The notes beneath the pieces were generated by a model. That model made no database searches. It was not told the DNA's origin and saw only the letters and a program-made list of their open reading frames with translations. This document shows positions 27,807 through 37,630 of a stretch of 64,000 nt of DNA, in pieces. A program made the translations under genes and the position numbers. The stretch covers positions 1 through 64,000 of IMG/VR virus record IMGVR_UViG_3300007513_000004. The stretch is one strand, 5' to 3'. Within the stretch, counting starts at the first letter, position 1; every line of letters starts with the position of its first letter.

Positions 27807-28241
27807 CTACCTGTGGCCCCAGTAAGATTGCGAAGCCTGATTTGGCTCAATAATCCTTACTGTAGTTTGATCATGCCAACATTGACATTCTTCATCATAC
27901 TCTGGGCCGGAGATTTTCTTAATCAAAATCCCATCATCCCTTACTCCTAAAGAGAAATAGTGAGTGGCATTAAACCCAACCTCAAACCATTCCACGGCAT
28001 CGCCACTGAAAGGATCTTTATAAGAATAAGGCCCTGTGGGATCGGAAGAGCAAGAGATAAGCCACTCCTTAATATTGTCGGGACAAAGATTTAGAGCCGC
28101 CTCGGTAGCCGCCCTTCTTTCTGCCCTATATTCCCGATCTCGCTGCTTTGCTGCAATCTCATCTCTGTCGAAATGCCAATCGGGAATCGATGCGAGATCA
28201 TCAATCATGGTTATCTTCCTGTTCTTCCGTAAAGGTTTCAA
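27807..28241 (-). CDS. hypothetical protein
   Basis: ORF ending immediately before a box; start uncertain. Confidence 0.65.
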   Translation of the reverse strand: MKPLRKNRKITMIDDLASIPDWHFDRDEIAAKQRDREYRAERRAATEAALNLCPDNIKEWLISCSSDPTGPYSYKDPFSGDAVEWFEVGFNATHYFSLGVRDDGILIKKISGPEYDEECQCWHDQTTVRIIEPNQASQSYWGHR

Positions 28242-28464
28242 TATTTTCTACAGTTGTGTAAAAGCCTTCCTCGTCATCAATCTGATAACTCATAGAAACA
28301 GCTTTAGATTGATTATGATATCTAACGGCATAATCAATATGCCCCCACTCTGGGAGGTTGGTTATAAAATTATGACCACTATAAAATCTTTCGCCCCAGG
28401 GGACGCCACCACGTTCAATTACAAACATTATTCCATAACCTCCGCGTCGTAAACTTTGATCCAT
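28201..28464 (-). CDS. hypothetical protein
   Basis: ORF; start uncertain. Confidence 0.55.
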   Translation of the reverse strand: MDQSLRRGGYGIMFVIERGGVPWGERFYSGHNFITNLPEWGHIDYAVRYHNQSKAVSMSYQIDDEEGFYTTVENIETFTEEQEDNHD

Positions 28465-28682
28465 TGTTTTTGCTTTTGCGAAAAAGCAAGCGATTGACGA
28501 GAAATATGATTAATTAATTCTTCCCGCTTTTGTGCCTGCGAGCGTCGGATAGGCTCTTCCATCATTAATTCAAAACGAGCCTTGGCTACGCCATAATCCT
28601 TTCCGCTTGACCACCCCATAATATTTCCTGCCAAGTATGCCAAAATTCCAACACAACTAATGACAATTATTTCTGCAATCAT
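28428..28682 (-). CDS. small membrane-anchored protein
   Basis: N-terminal TM; GGAGG SD. Confidence 0.65.
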   Translation of the reverse strand: MIAEIIVISCVGILAYLAGNIMGWSSGKDYGVAKARFELMMEEPIRRSQAQKREELINHISRQSLAFSQKQKQWIKVYDAEVME

Positions 28683-28855
28683 TATTCGGCCCTCCGATAA
28701 TTATTAAAACAATATCCTGCCAAAACTGTGCATAACAATGCAAAGCCCCAGCTGTGGGCAGTAAACGCTTGCCATGCAAATACAGTATTTAGAATTGCGC
28801 AAAACAAGCTGACTCTTCGAGAACTTAAAAAATCCATAGTATTCTCCTATATGTA

Positions 28856-28932
28856 TGGCACGCCCGATAGGATTCGAACCTATGACCCTCGGCTTAGAAG
28901 GCCGATGCTCTATCCAACTGAGCTACGGGCGC
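28856..28932 (-). tRNA. tRNA-Arg(TCT)
   Basis: cloverleaf, loop CT-TCT-AA, CCA end. Confidence 0.96.
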
Positions 28933-28936
28933 TCAA

Positions 28937-29125
28937 TTAAAATTGATGCTCGCCTTCATCTGAATCAACAATCACTCCGCCGTCTCTTAAGGCGATGATT
29001 AAAGTAAGCATAGTATTTTCAATAAAGGTAAGTCTTTCATCAAACGAAGTAACCTGTTCAACCATTAATCTGCATTGGTTCGTAAGCCTCTGCACTTGCT
29101 CTTCCCATAAATCTCTAGTATCCAT
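28937..29125 (-). CDS. small coiled-coil hypothetical protein
   Basis: ORF. Confidence 0.65.
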   Translation of the reverse strand: MDTRDLWEEQVQRLTNQCRLMVEQVTSFDERLTFIENTMLTLIIALRDGGVIVDSDEGEHQF

Positions 29126-29349
29126 TATTCTGACTCTATATCTTTTGGTGCTGTTAACATTATAACACCTAGAAAGTCTAAAATGTCATCCAGCATGGCT
29201 ATTTTTTCTTTCACGCCTTCTTGGTCGCTAGAAAATTCTAAGTCTCTTATAAAAGATAGCAACGCATTATATTGCGCTTCAACTTCTGCGGAATCTTTGA
29301 AAACCTTAATTTGGCTCTTCAACGACTCTATCGTCAGAACTATCTCCAT
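29125..29349 (-). CDS. hypothetical protein
   Basis: ORF, TAATG coupling. Confidence 0.65.
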   Translation of the reverse strand: MEIVLTIESLKSQIKVFKDSAEVEAQYNALLSFIRDLEFSSDQEGVKEKIAMLDDILDFLGVIMLTAPKDIESE

Positions 29350-29857
29350 TACCCTCTTCTTTTATAATTTTCTGAAGTTGACCCATCAGAGCTTCTCCCC
29401 AAGCATCTTCTGTTTCTTGGGACGCCTGATAGTCTTCACTATAATACTCATCTTCTGTAATATAACCTGCATGACGTATAACTTCTCCATCCGGAGGTGA
29501 TAAATAGGTATCACAATCCATGTGCAAGTGCGCGGTCCAACGGTCCTTGGGCAGCGTCATACTCCCAGAGAGGGGAACCAACTCTCGGCATCCTTCCTCT
29601 TTTACAAAGAAGAATTCATCTTCTTGCAAGCCAACACTATCTGCGCCATGCAAGTCCTTGTGCCAACTCGGCTCATAATAAACCTGATGAATCTTGCCGG
29701 GAAAAGCCGTAGGTCCATCATAAAAATATGATGCAACAGTTGGCATAGCCTCCCACCACTCTTTCAGTTCTTCGGCAGACATTTCGGGAATCCAAACCCA
29801 ATGTCTATATCCGTATTCTTCTTCAAGAAGGACGACAATTTCTTCGGCCAAGCTCAT
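29306..29857 (-). CDS. hypothetical acidic protein
   Basis: ORF with GAGGTG SD. Confidence 0.75.
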   Translation of the reverse strand: MSLAEEIVVLLEEEYGYRHWVWIPEMSAEELKEWWEAMPTVASYFYDGPTAFPGKIHQVYYEPSWHKDLHGADSVGLQEDEFFFVKEEGCRELVPLSGSMTLPKDRWTAHLHMDCDTYLSPPDGEVIRHAGYITEDEYYSEDYQASQETEDAWGEALMGQLQKIIKEEGNGDSSDDRVVEEPN

Positions 29858-29874
29858 TCCACACCTCAGTTTTG

Positions 29875-30078
29875 TTACTTGATAACTGATGATAAAACAG
29901 TATTAATTTTTTCTTGAAGATCATAGTTAAGTTTGATCTCAAGAATATTATTAATTTTCTTGCCTGCCTTTTCCAGCAAGCCCTTGGGTGTCTGCACACC
30001 CGCGCATGTGTTACAAGGGTCAACCTCGCCACATAACTCACAGGCTCCTTGGCCTGGATATACCGTTGTTCTATTCAT
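29875..30078 (-). CDS. small Cys-containing protein
   Basis: CELCG...CNTC; AGGAGG SD. Confidence 0.65.
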   Translation of the reverse strand: MNRTTVYPGQGACELCGEVDPCNTCAGVQTPKGLLEKAGKKINNILEIKLNYDLQEKINTVLSSVIK

Positions 30079-30259
30079 TGTCCTTCCTATTAACTATCAA
30101 TTCTAATGCGTGCGCGCACGGGTTCTCTGTCATCATCCTGCACGGTACTCGTTATCCTTTCCATGCTATTGGCAATAGAAAAGAGGGGAAAACTTAAAGC
30201 CATTACCCCAAGGCAGGCTACTATATAAAAAAGAAACTCCATGTAAAACTCCATAATGT

Positions 30260-31387
30260 TTATTCATAATCCCTGACGGCAATTCCGACAGGGAATCTTG
30301 GACGACCATCGTCCGTTAACTCTTGATACCTGACTGTCAAGTATTTTCCAATATAATCATCTAAATTTTTATAGATTACTGCGCGTTCTTCATGACTTCC
30401 GCGTGGACGCACACTAAACTCAAGTCCATCGGAAGTGGTACAGCGATATACGACAAGACCAGCTTCCCGACCGGAACCGTCCTCTCCACCAATAATCTTA
30501 AACTCATCATCAACAAATCTCTTTACCTTTTGCAAATCATATGAACGATGCTTGTACTTGTACGCACTCGCTTGGTTGCGCACCATCATGCCCTCATAGC
30601 CTTGCTGAACAAACATGCTTTCATACATATCAAACTCTGCTTGGTCAACAACATCATATGTTGATATGATTTTAATATTCTTTCCAATGATGGTCCACCC
30701 CTGACAATAATGTGGAAACATTGTTGAGCCAACTCCTTTTTGCGGCAACCTACACTCAAATGCGAGAGAAGGGTGTGGGGAATCATAGATATGATATTCA
30801 AGCAAATCTGTATCATCCCTCTTCTTCTTGACGGCAGCAATGATTCTTTGGAACGTCCACCCATGCACGTACAACTCTCCATCCGTGCATTGCCCGTTCG
30901 CGAGCATGGCACAAAGCTGTGCATTAATCTTATCGGGGATATCAATAACCTTTCCCTTGCGCGACCACATAGTTACAACACCATCGTCTTTGCGTGCGAG
31001 CATACGCACTCCATCCAGCTTAGGCTGAACAAGACAGGGAAAGTTAATCTTCGCGCTATGCTTGTCATACCTGTGCGCGAGCATAGGTAGGAACAATCCT
31101 TCTGACGTAGTAGGAATCTTATCCTTATCCTCTACATATCCTGAATCCTTTTTACGGCTATGTGCAGATTGAGCTTCAGAACATGCCTGTTCGTAGACAG
31201 AGGTTTCGTTTGCTCTACCGAGATTCTTGCCCTCTCCAACATAGCGTTGGTCAAGTTGTTTCTTGCCGTCCTCATAGCCATGTTCAGTTTCGATGTAACA
31301 GGAGCCGTCACCCATCTTGAGAACCGAGATATTCCACTCTTTAATCTTTCCATTGGTGGACTTTCCATATAGTGTAGGTAGATTCAT
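30260..31387 (-). CDS. ATP-dependent DNA ligase with N-terminal WGR-like domain
   Basis: motif I QPKLDGVR, DGELY, GYEGMMVR, LQKVK, OB-fold YLTVRYQELT..G.PRFPV. Confidence 0.93.
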   Translation of the reverse strand: MNLPTLYGKSTNGKIKEWNISVLKMGDGSCYIETEHGYEDGKKQLDQRYVGEGKNLGRANETSVYEQACSEAQSAHSRKKDSGYVEDKDKIPTTSEGLFLPMLAHRYDKHSAKINFPCLVQPKLDGVRMLARKDDGVVTMWSRKGKVIDIPDKINAQLCAMLANGQCTDGELYVHGWTFQRIIAAVKKKRDDTDLLEYHIYDSPHPSLAFECRLPQKGVGSTMFPHYCQGWTIIGKNIKIISTYDVVDQAEFDMYESMFVQQGYEGMMVRNQASAYKYKHRSYDLQKVKRFVDDEFKIIGGEDGSGREAGLVVYRCTTSDGLEFSVRPRGSHEERAVIYKNLDDYIGKYLTVRYQELTDDGRPRFPVGIAVRDYE

Positions 31388-31396
31388 AATATTTCC

Positions 31397-31687
31397 TTAC
31401 AAGCATCCGTCTTTGCGGGCTGTTTCGTATAGATAGTTTGCCGAGGTTGCAAGAAAATCCTCTTGCTTGTGCCACCTATCTCGTTCTCTTTCCCAAACAG
31501 GTTGGGAAACCTTGCCTTGTTTGTAATCTTGAACAGTCAAGCTAAAATCTTTGCCGGAGACATCTCTGAGATTTTGAACATTCAGAATATCCTCAAGTAC
31601 GGGCGTGCATCTTGCCTCAAACTGTTCTTGAGTTTCCTGACTGGAGCATCCCAAGCAAAGAAATAACAATGGTATATATTTTAACAT
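31397..31687 (-). CDS. putative lipoprotein
   Basis: lipobox-like LCLGC after a hydrophobic signal. Confidence 0.65.
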   Translation of the reverse strand: MLKYIPLLFLCLGCSSQETQEQFEARCTPVLEDILNVQNLRDVSGKDFSLTVQDYKQGKVSQPVWERERDRWHKQEDFLATSANYLYETARKDGCL

Positions 31688-31902
31688 TATGCTTCCGCCA
31701 TGTCTGCAAAGGATAACGCAACTTCGCTCATGTATACGTCCGTACCTTCTTTGGAGATTTGAACAAGAGGCTCTCCATCAACCATCCTGATATCAACAAA
31801 GCCCTTTTTATATAAACTCAATAGAGTTTTATCAAAGGCCACCTCGTCTGATGGGCCACTTTTAATCTTGTTTTCCATATATTCAATAACATCCTTACTC
31901 AT
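31687..31902 (-). CDS. hypothetical protein
   Basis: ORF coupled on both sides. Confidence 0.65.
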   Translation of the reverse strand: MSKDVIEYMENKIKSGPSDEVAFDKTLLSLYKKGFVDIRMVDGEPLVQISKEGTDVYMSEVALSFADMAEA

Positions 31903-32482
31903 CTTCATCCTCCTCATAGTATTCTTCTGTGTTTTCAAAAGTTAGGCAACCCTCTTCCCAAACAGCTTCTCCCCGAAAGCCCATACCCGGTTCATCATAT
32001 TGCAAATGAAAGGCAAGGCTGGGCCAATCTTCTGCCACCTTCTCAAAAAACTCCATAGGCGGCCCCCATGCTGTAGTAAAACTATACTGCAAATCGTTAT
32101 CTTCGGAAACATCTAAAGAACTATCGCAGCCTCCCCATTTACAACCCCAATGTGTTCCTTCCCATTTGTATCCACCATACGGGCGAATCTGACCAACAAG
32201 CTCTCCAAGTTCAACAGCTCTTGTGTCATCATAAGGAAAGCATCTAAAGTCTTCCGGCACAGGGTAAAGAGCGTGAAACGAAAGGTCCACAGTGTCTCCC
32301 GGCTCTGGAGGAGAAGATACCATAGACTGCAACCTAATATCATCATGCAAAGGCCAGCTCTCACCACTATGAGGAGAAAAGCTATTGTACGACTGTGTTG
32401 GTCCCCGCGCTTTTACGCGAAACCTTTTGATATCCTTCTCTGGACCTGTAATATACAATGAGTTCATACACCAATTAGGCAT
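31895..32482 (-). CDS. DUF1281/YubB ferredoxin-like family protein
   Basis: MPNWCMN...WGCKWG...FTTAWGPP...YDEPG. Confidence 0.8.
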   Translation of the reverse strand: MPNWCMNSLYITGPEKDIKRFRVKARGPTQSYNSFSPHSGESWPLHDDIRLQSMVSSPPEPGDTVDLSFHALYPVPEDFRCFPYDDTRAVELGELVGQIRPYGGYKWEGTHWGCKWGGCDSSLDVSEDNDLQYSFTTAWGPPMEFFEKVAEDWPSLAFHLQYDEPGMGFRGEAVWEEGCLTFENTEEYYEEDEDE

Positions 32483-32665
32483 TTTATTCCTCGTCTGTTA
32501 GGTTGTTTCCAATCTCTTTAGCTTTACTTACAGTTGCTTCAATGCCTGCATCCACCGAGGCCTTTACGCTTGCAAGGCTTTTCGGATTATTTGTTGCCCA
32601 ATAAAGCAATCCATATACCCCAATACATACTAATGCGATTCTAAATAATTGTTTCATAAGCTCTC

Positions 32666-33061
32666 CTATTCAAGTTCTTGAAGTTTCTCCTCAAACAATG
32701 CACAGTGGCTATCGCATGGTCCAAGCTGCACACCTTCTTTGCACGCATACGTGGACCCCTCAAGCTCTTCTCCCATGATAAACGCACCATGCTCGCAGTC
32801 CATACAAATTTGTGAAGAAGGCCAAGTATTTATTGTAACAGAATCTCCATCATCCCAAATGTCATCTTGGGCAAAAACATTACAACTTTCGTGCTTATCT
32901 CTCAATTCTTGTATTAGTTCAAGCCTTCTTCTTAGCGCATCGTAATGATTGCTTGTGGGAGCAAGCCCTTCCTCAACATCCTTTAGCAAGGCTGAGACAT
33001 GATGAGACAACATCGTGTATTGCCATTCAAGGTCTAATTTATAAATATCTTTCATTACCAC
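32666..33061 (-). CDS. hypothetical protein
   Basis: ORF. Confidence 0.7.
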   Translation of the reverse strand: MVMKDIYKLDLEWQYTMLSHHVSALLKDVEEGLAPTSNHYDALRRRLELIQELRDKHESCNVFAQDDIWDDGDSVTINTWPSSQICMDCEHGAFIMGEELEGSTYACKEGVQLGPCDSHCALFEEKLQELE

Positions 33062-33303
33062 AACCTACCATTGTTATAATCTGCGCCACAGTCCTTACAG
33101 TAAACATCTTCATAGTTGCCCCCACAATTCTTATGTGGGCAGCAATCTACGTGCATAAGATAAATGCCTCCGCTAACAGCTCTGTCGCGAGTATACTCTT
33201 CTGTCTCAAAGACATTATCAAAACATACGCCGCAAGTGCCGATAGCAGCTTTAGCTTCACTCTTCATTCCACTTTCTCCATGCCTCAAGCTGTGGGTCAT
33301 CAT
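33055..33303 (-). CDS. small Cys-rich protein
   Basis: multiple CxxC; start uncertain. Confidence 0.6.
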   Translation of the reverse strand: MMTHSLRHGESGMKSEAKAAIGTCGVCFDNVFETEEYTRDRAVSGGIYLMHVDCCPHKNCGGNYEDVYCKDCGADYNNGRLW

Positions 33304-33505
33304 CCTCTCCCCAACGCTGATTTAGCCCTTGTTCAAGAAACAAACCTTCTTGGTCCAATGCCCAAGCAATAGCTGCTTCCGAAGTTAGAATGTTACTATC
33401 ATCAAGAAAATCAAGAATATCTTTATCATCCCAACACTCGTCCACAGACGTACACGTACCTCTGCCTACCTTTGGATGACTACGAATTGCGTCTACTCTG
33501 TGCAT
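33257..33505 (-). CDS. hypothetical phage protein
   Basis: VGRGTCTSVDECW motif. Confidence 0.7.
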   Translation of the reverse strand: MHRVDAIRSHPKVGRGTCTSVDECWDDKDILDFLDDSNILTSEAAIAWALDQEGLFLEQGLNQRWGEDDDPQLEAWRKWNEE

Positions 33506-33506
33506 C

Positions 33507-33698
33507 TTATTCTCCCGCCTCTTCACTTGTTGCCAAGTCGTGCCCAATTTTGTGCAAAACTTTTACAATTGTTTCTATGGTTTCTTTATCTTCCAAGTCT
33601 AACCCTGTATACATAGCCTCTGAGTATAGAATATCCCAAACAGCTTTCTCTAAACCTTCAGAAAGGTCCACCTGTTTGCTCAACATTGGTGAGGTCAT
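33507..33698 (-). CDS. hypothetical protein
   Basis: ORF. Confidence 0.6.
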   Translation of the reverse strand: MTSPMLSKQVDLSEGLEKAVWDILYSEAMYTGLDLEDKETIETIVKVLHKIGHDLATSEEAGE

Positions 33699-33702
33699 AA
33701 CT

Positions 33703-33969
33703 CTACCCTTCCTCTTTCCAGCGGTCAGTCTTTGAGAAAATCATTGTTGCTTCTTTCGCATCCTCACGCGCAAGTGCATCCTCTGAACGCTTACTGCCAG
33801 AAAGAGCCTTATCTTTGTGATACATGGTTCTACGAGAAGTGTTTACATCCTTTTGAGAAGCATAACGAAGGCGAGTAATCTCCCCACCATCTGATAGATA
33901 CTGCTCAACCATAGCGTTTAGTTCATCGTTAGAAATTCTTTTTGTATCGTCTGACATTGTATTCTCCAA
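33703..33969 (-). CDS. hypothetical protein
   Basis: ORF; YLSDGGEIT motif. Confidence 0.7.
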   Translation of the reverse strand: MENTMSDDTKRISNDELNAMVEQYLSDGGEITRLRYASQKDVNTSRRTMYHKDKALSGSKRSEDALAREDAKEATMIFSKTDRWKEEG

Positions 33970-33991
33970 TATGTAATGTAAAATGTAATCA

Positions 33992-34015
33992 CCGGGGTTG
34001 AAAGGTCAACCCCGG
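33992..34015. terminator. stem-loop
   Basis: CCGGGGTTGA-AAGG-TCAACCCCGG. Confidence 0.65.
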
Positions 34016-34024
34016 CGAAGATGA

Positions 34025-34285
34025 TTAGAAGATTGAAATGGAAGGTCCGTTGCTTTTCTTTGCAGTCCTAACAGACTTCTTCTTTTCAGGCTTTTCAGTT
34101 ACAAAGTCTGACCTTGAACAGCCTCCTGCAATAGCAGACCTTTGAAGCTCACTCCAGAGAGAGACTGGAGCAACAGTGTTTGCTCCGGGGTAAAGCCCTC
34201 CGTTGCCAGATACTCCAACCCAATAGTTGCCTTTCTTTGTCTTACAGTAACGGTATTTGTTTCCGTCAAAAATAGCCTCAATCAC
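34025..34285 (-). CDS. hypothetical basic protein
   Basis: GGAGG SD before GTG 34285. Confidence 0.65.
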   Translation of the reverse strand: MIEAIFDGNKYRYCKTKKGNYWVGVSGNGGLYPGANTVAPVSLWSELQRSAIAGGCSRSDFVTEKPEKKKSVRTAKKSNGPSISIF

Positions 34286-34342
34286 AATAAACCTCCGGTT
34301 TACCCCACGTTGAATCAAGGGGGTTCACAATGAGGTATTCGA

Positions 34343-34358
34343 TGCAAAAACCGTGCCA
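34343..34358 (-). promoter_or_regulatory. sigma54 (-24/-12) consensus site
   Basis: TGGCAC-GGTTT-TTGCA upstream of 34285. Confidence 0.6.
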
Positions 34359-34412
34359 AATAATATTTGAGGACAGTTTGTGGTATTTGTTAAACTTTTG
34401 CCCGGGGATTAT

Positions 34413-34441
34413 TTGATTTCTGTTTTATCATCGACTACTTT
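34413..34441 (+). promoter_or_regulatory. CATC-type promoter (paralogue 2)
   Basis: TTGATT-TCTGTTTTATCATCGAC-TACTTT. Confidence 0.8.
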
Positions 34442-34529
34442 GTATCACAAGGGGTTGAGCCCTTGACCCGCCATCGGGAAGGTGGAGAGCAGCCTCGCTG
34501 GTGTCGGGGCAAACACAAATGGAGTTGTA

Positions 34530-34934
34530 ATGAACATTTTTGGAAATGACAACGAGAGTCCCGCCGCCATTCTTCGTCAGACGATGAGCGTCAGCCTTAC
34601 TGATGACGGTATTCCGGTGGTTTCTTTCGCCACTAACCGTGGCAAGGGTAGCGGTTCGCAGGTGATTCCGGTTGCCGAGTTTTCCGAGTACGTTTCGACG
34701 TTGGAAGACATTTTGGAGTCCGGTATCCCCGAGGATGCTGATGAGGATTTGTCGGCAGGAGAGATGGTGCGTCGTACCATTCGTCAGGATGACGGTGTTA
34801 TCTCCTTCCGCGTGCGTGGAGGAAAGGGTGCAAAGCCCGCCAAGGTCAGCACTGATAACTTCGCAGAAGTTGTCGAGCTTCTTCGGTCCACGGTCGATGC
34901 GGTTGAAGGAGCCTGTGAGTCGCTGACAAAGTAG
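34530..34934 (+). CDS. tandem-repeat protein, paralogue 2 of 3
   Basis: SFATNRGKGSG / SFRVRGGKGAK; GGAG SD. Confidence 0.85.
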   Translation: MNIFGNDNESPAAILRQTMSVSLTDDGIPVVSFATNRGKGSGSQVIPVAEFSEYVSTLEDILESGIPEDADEDLSAGEMVRRTIRQDDGVISFRVRGGKGAKPAKVSTDNFAEVVELLRSTVDAVEGACESLTK

Positions 34935-35069
34935 CGTACACACGCATGCACAATGTACGCACAATGCGTGCGTGTGCGCGAAGTCCCCTCCGCGCAGGGT
35001 AGCGTCGTTAATAGCGGCGCTACCCACTCTTTTAACCTATATGTCAAACTTTTGCCCAGAGGGCAATGG

Positions 35070-35399
35070 TTAGCCAGTCAAAAGATTGATAAAGATATAA
35101 TAATGAAAGATACTTACGGCGAAATAGGCAACAAGTAAAATTCCAATACCCAATTGAGATAACCTGTTGTAAAGAAATTTATTTAATAAATAAATACTTG
35201 GCAAAGATAAAGTTAACTTTGTTATAACAAAGTTAAGCAATGACTTTTCAATTGGGCCGGACAAAACCGGATTAAGTTCTGGAATGTCATAACATGCAAA
35301 CCACACGATAGTCGCAATTAAATCAAACAACACCAGCATCAAAAGTAATTTGGTATGCCGTTGTTTAAAAAAACTTACATATCGCGCATTAGGTGTCAT
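35070..35399 (-). CDS. DUF5658-like membrane protein
   Basis: FDLIAT...ELNPVL...FVITK with TMs. Confidence 0.7.
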   Translation of the reverse strand: MTPNARYVSFFKQRHTKLLLMLVLFDLIATIVWFACYDIPELNPVLSGPIEKSLLNFVITKLTLSLPSIYLLNKFLYNRLSQLGIGILLVAYFAVSIFHYYIFINLLTG

Positions 35400-36047
35400 A
35401 TCACATTACTACCGTTAACTATCCATTTATTCAAACATGTTCCAAACTTCATAAGCCAAACATGTGCCAGCAAGAATCCATAGTGACGATAAAACGCCAG
35501 AGCCAGCAATAATCAATAATGAGTCCATCAAAACCTCCTTCGTCAAGGGCAGTCGTCGCCCTCTAACCCTATGTAGTCGGTGTAAATTTCTTGACAAAAA
35601 ACTTGTAATTACTTTACAAATTGATTTGTAAAACTTTTGCCCAGAACTGGACATTAAAAATCGAATTCTATTTTATCATCGGCTATTTTAGAGTGAAGGA
35701 AAAACGAAGGCAATGCAAAGAGGCAACCAGAATGGCCGTCACGAATCATATCTGATATCCAATTAGTGTTAGAATAGATATATTCAAAGAGCGGGCTGTC
35801 AAGCGGTTACTTTACCGAAAGCGGCGCTACTGTTTAGTCCTTGAGTACCGGGGAAACTCGGTACTCATTTATCTTTATTGTAAATTTTTTGCCCGAAGGG
35901 AAAACCCCGAAGGCACCTAGTACCTTCGGGGTTGAGTTTAATGCCATTGGCATGACCCGCTCACGGGTGAATTATCGGAATGTTTCTGTTTCCAGCCGCT
36001 TGACCCGTTGCAACGGCGCGGCATCTTGTTTATAGTAACCTCCTCGA

Positions 36048-36680
36048 TTAGTGTTTGTGATAGTCGACGTTTGATACCTTGGGGTTCCAACAAGCCCGGC
36101 ACGATCCGCACTTGCCGTCTTGCTTAAGAGCGGGGCAACCATGGCCCATACCCGCATCAATCGTACTCGTAGGCAGGTCGGTGCGCGGCGGCTTGCCACC
36201 TATCATCGTAGCCGATAGCCGGATGACAAGGTTAACGGGCCATGCTGCTACCCGTGCGAACGCTTCCCGGATCATCTTACCTTCACGAGACGGTGCCCAG
36301 AACTCTGCCCATGGTAGGCGTTCGGCTACCTCTACCCACATCAGAACATGATCGACGCTCTGAAAGTCACCGCTATCATGGATACGGAAGTATGGATCGT
36401 CCGGGTTAGTGTAGTGACCGATTAGCTTAACCATACCATCGGTCCATAGTGGATGGGTCAAAGCCTGATAGCGGCGCTCGTGCCCTAACTTGACGTTCGG
36501 GTACATGTAGTTATTTTTCATGGCGTAGCAGTTGCTACAACTTGATCCCTCTATCCCGGCAAGGATACTGCCCAGGATACAGCGTGTTGCACTTAGTGCG
36601 GTGCTGAACCCTGGCATCTTGCTCGGCTTACCTAATCCGCTACGATGCCCGGTTATCTCTTTCGCTTGTTTTAGATTCAT
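36048..36680 (-). CDS. Gp88-like phage protein (Cys cluster, FRxHDSGD)
   Basis: KPSKMPG...CSNCYA...FRIHDSGD...CGSCRACW. Confidence 0.8.
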   Translation of the reverse strand: MNLKQAKEITGHRSGLGKPSKMPGFSTALSATRCILGSILAGIEGSSCSNCYAMKNNYMYPNVKLGHERRYQALTHPLWTDGMVKLIGHYTNPDDPYFRIHDSGDFQSVDHVLMWVEVAERLPWAEFWAPSREGKMIREAFARVAAWPVNLVIRLSATMIGGKPPRTDLPTSTIDAGMGHGCPALKQDGKCGSCRACWNPKVSNVDYHKH

Positions 36681-36929
36681 TGTGTTCCCTTCAATGATTT
36701 GATTTGGTATTGTCAGTATTACCGCCACGTCATCTACTGTCTACAAGTTTTTCAAAAAAGTTTATAATCCCGCTCGGCGCACCCGTCTGGCCCGGTTTAC
36801 ACCGTCGCCCCGTTGATACCGTAGCGGTACTGAATAATATCGGACCCTGCATATTGGGTGAGCATATAATGAAAGGGGTGAGCATTAGCACGTCTGCCCA
36901 CTTACCTGTGACCACCAAACATATTTATA

Positions 36930-37504
36930 TATGTATGATGTACGCACACGGGTGAGTAACACCCTGCACAGGCTTTCTCCCTGTTCTTGTCCTTTGGAGA
37001 CGCTGAACAGCAAGCAATACTTCTGACCGACATTCTGTGCTCAAGTTGGTAAGCTGTACACTTCCCCCGCTTGTTACACGTTATCATTCAACCTCATGGT
37101 AAGGTATCCTAATAACCCCTTTCGGGACGACAAAATCGTTGCCGACTTTGCCAGAGAGACTTCTGCCTTCAGAAGTTAAGTTCTATCAGATTTCTCCGAT
37201 TTACCATGACTCTTTAGTCAGTGCCCTTATCCCGTTTCCACGATGAACCTACAAGTCCGCAGATACCCTCGGCTGCACTTCCACAGTAGTATGTGGACTC
37301 ATGCCTTAGATTACTGAATGATATTCAAGGCCACTACACCTCTTAACTCATTCCCCCTCACAGCCAAGCGGCAGGTCCATATGAATAGCACCCTTCTTGG
37401 GCGGGGTTCTCTCTATCTCCGAAGAGTGCAGGAGCCGGTAACTCCACCTGCATTTAAAGACCCAAGAACGGGGGTCAGTTTAAGTTTTCAAAGAACTTTC
37501 GCTC
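36930..37504 (-). ncRNA. candidate large structured ncRNA (about 560 nt)
   Basis: own promoter, boxA-like leader, more than 12 hairpins including UUCG and GAAA tetraloops, no credible ORF. Confidence 0.7.
37482..37496 (-). promoter_or_regulatory. boxA-like antitermination element
   Basis: GTTCTTTGAAAACTT just downstream of the predicted TSS. Confidence 0.6.
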
Positions 37505-37510
37505 TGTCAT

Positions 37511-37539
37511 AACATAGTTGATGTTAAAACAGAATCCAA
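37511..37539 (-). promoter_or_regulatory. CATC-type promoter driving the large ncRNA
   Basis: TTGGAT-TCTGTTTTAACATCAAC-TATGTT. Confidence 0.75.
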
Positions 37540-37630
37540 AAATTTTCGGGGAAAAGATTTACATAAATGTAAAAGTTTTGCCCCGATGAGTTTATCATAC
37601 GCGTCTGCGCAGATAAACTCAAAGGGAATT

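Noticed and set aside
36930-37504. Group I/II intron or rRNA fragment
   Set aside because: No interrupted flanking gene, no recognisable catalytic core or rRNA signature by eye; cmscan still advisable
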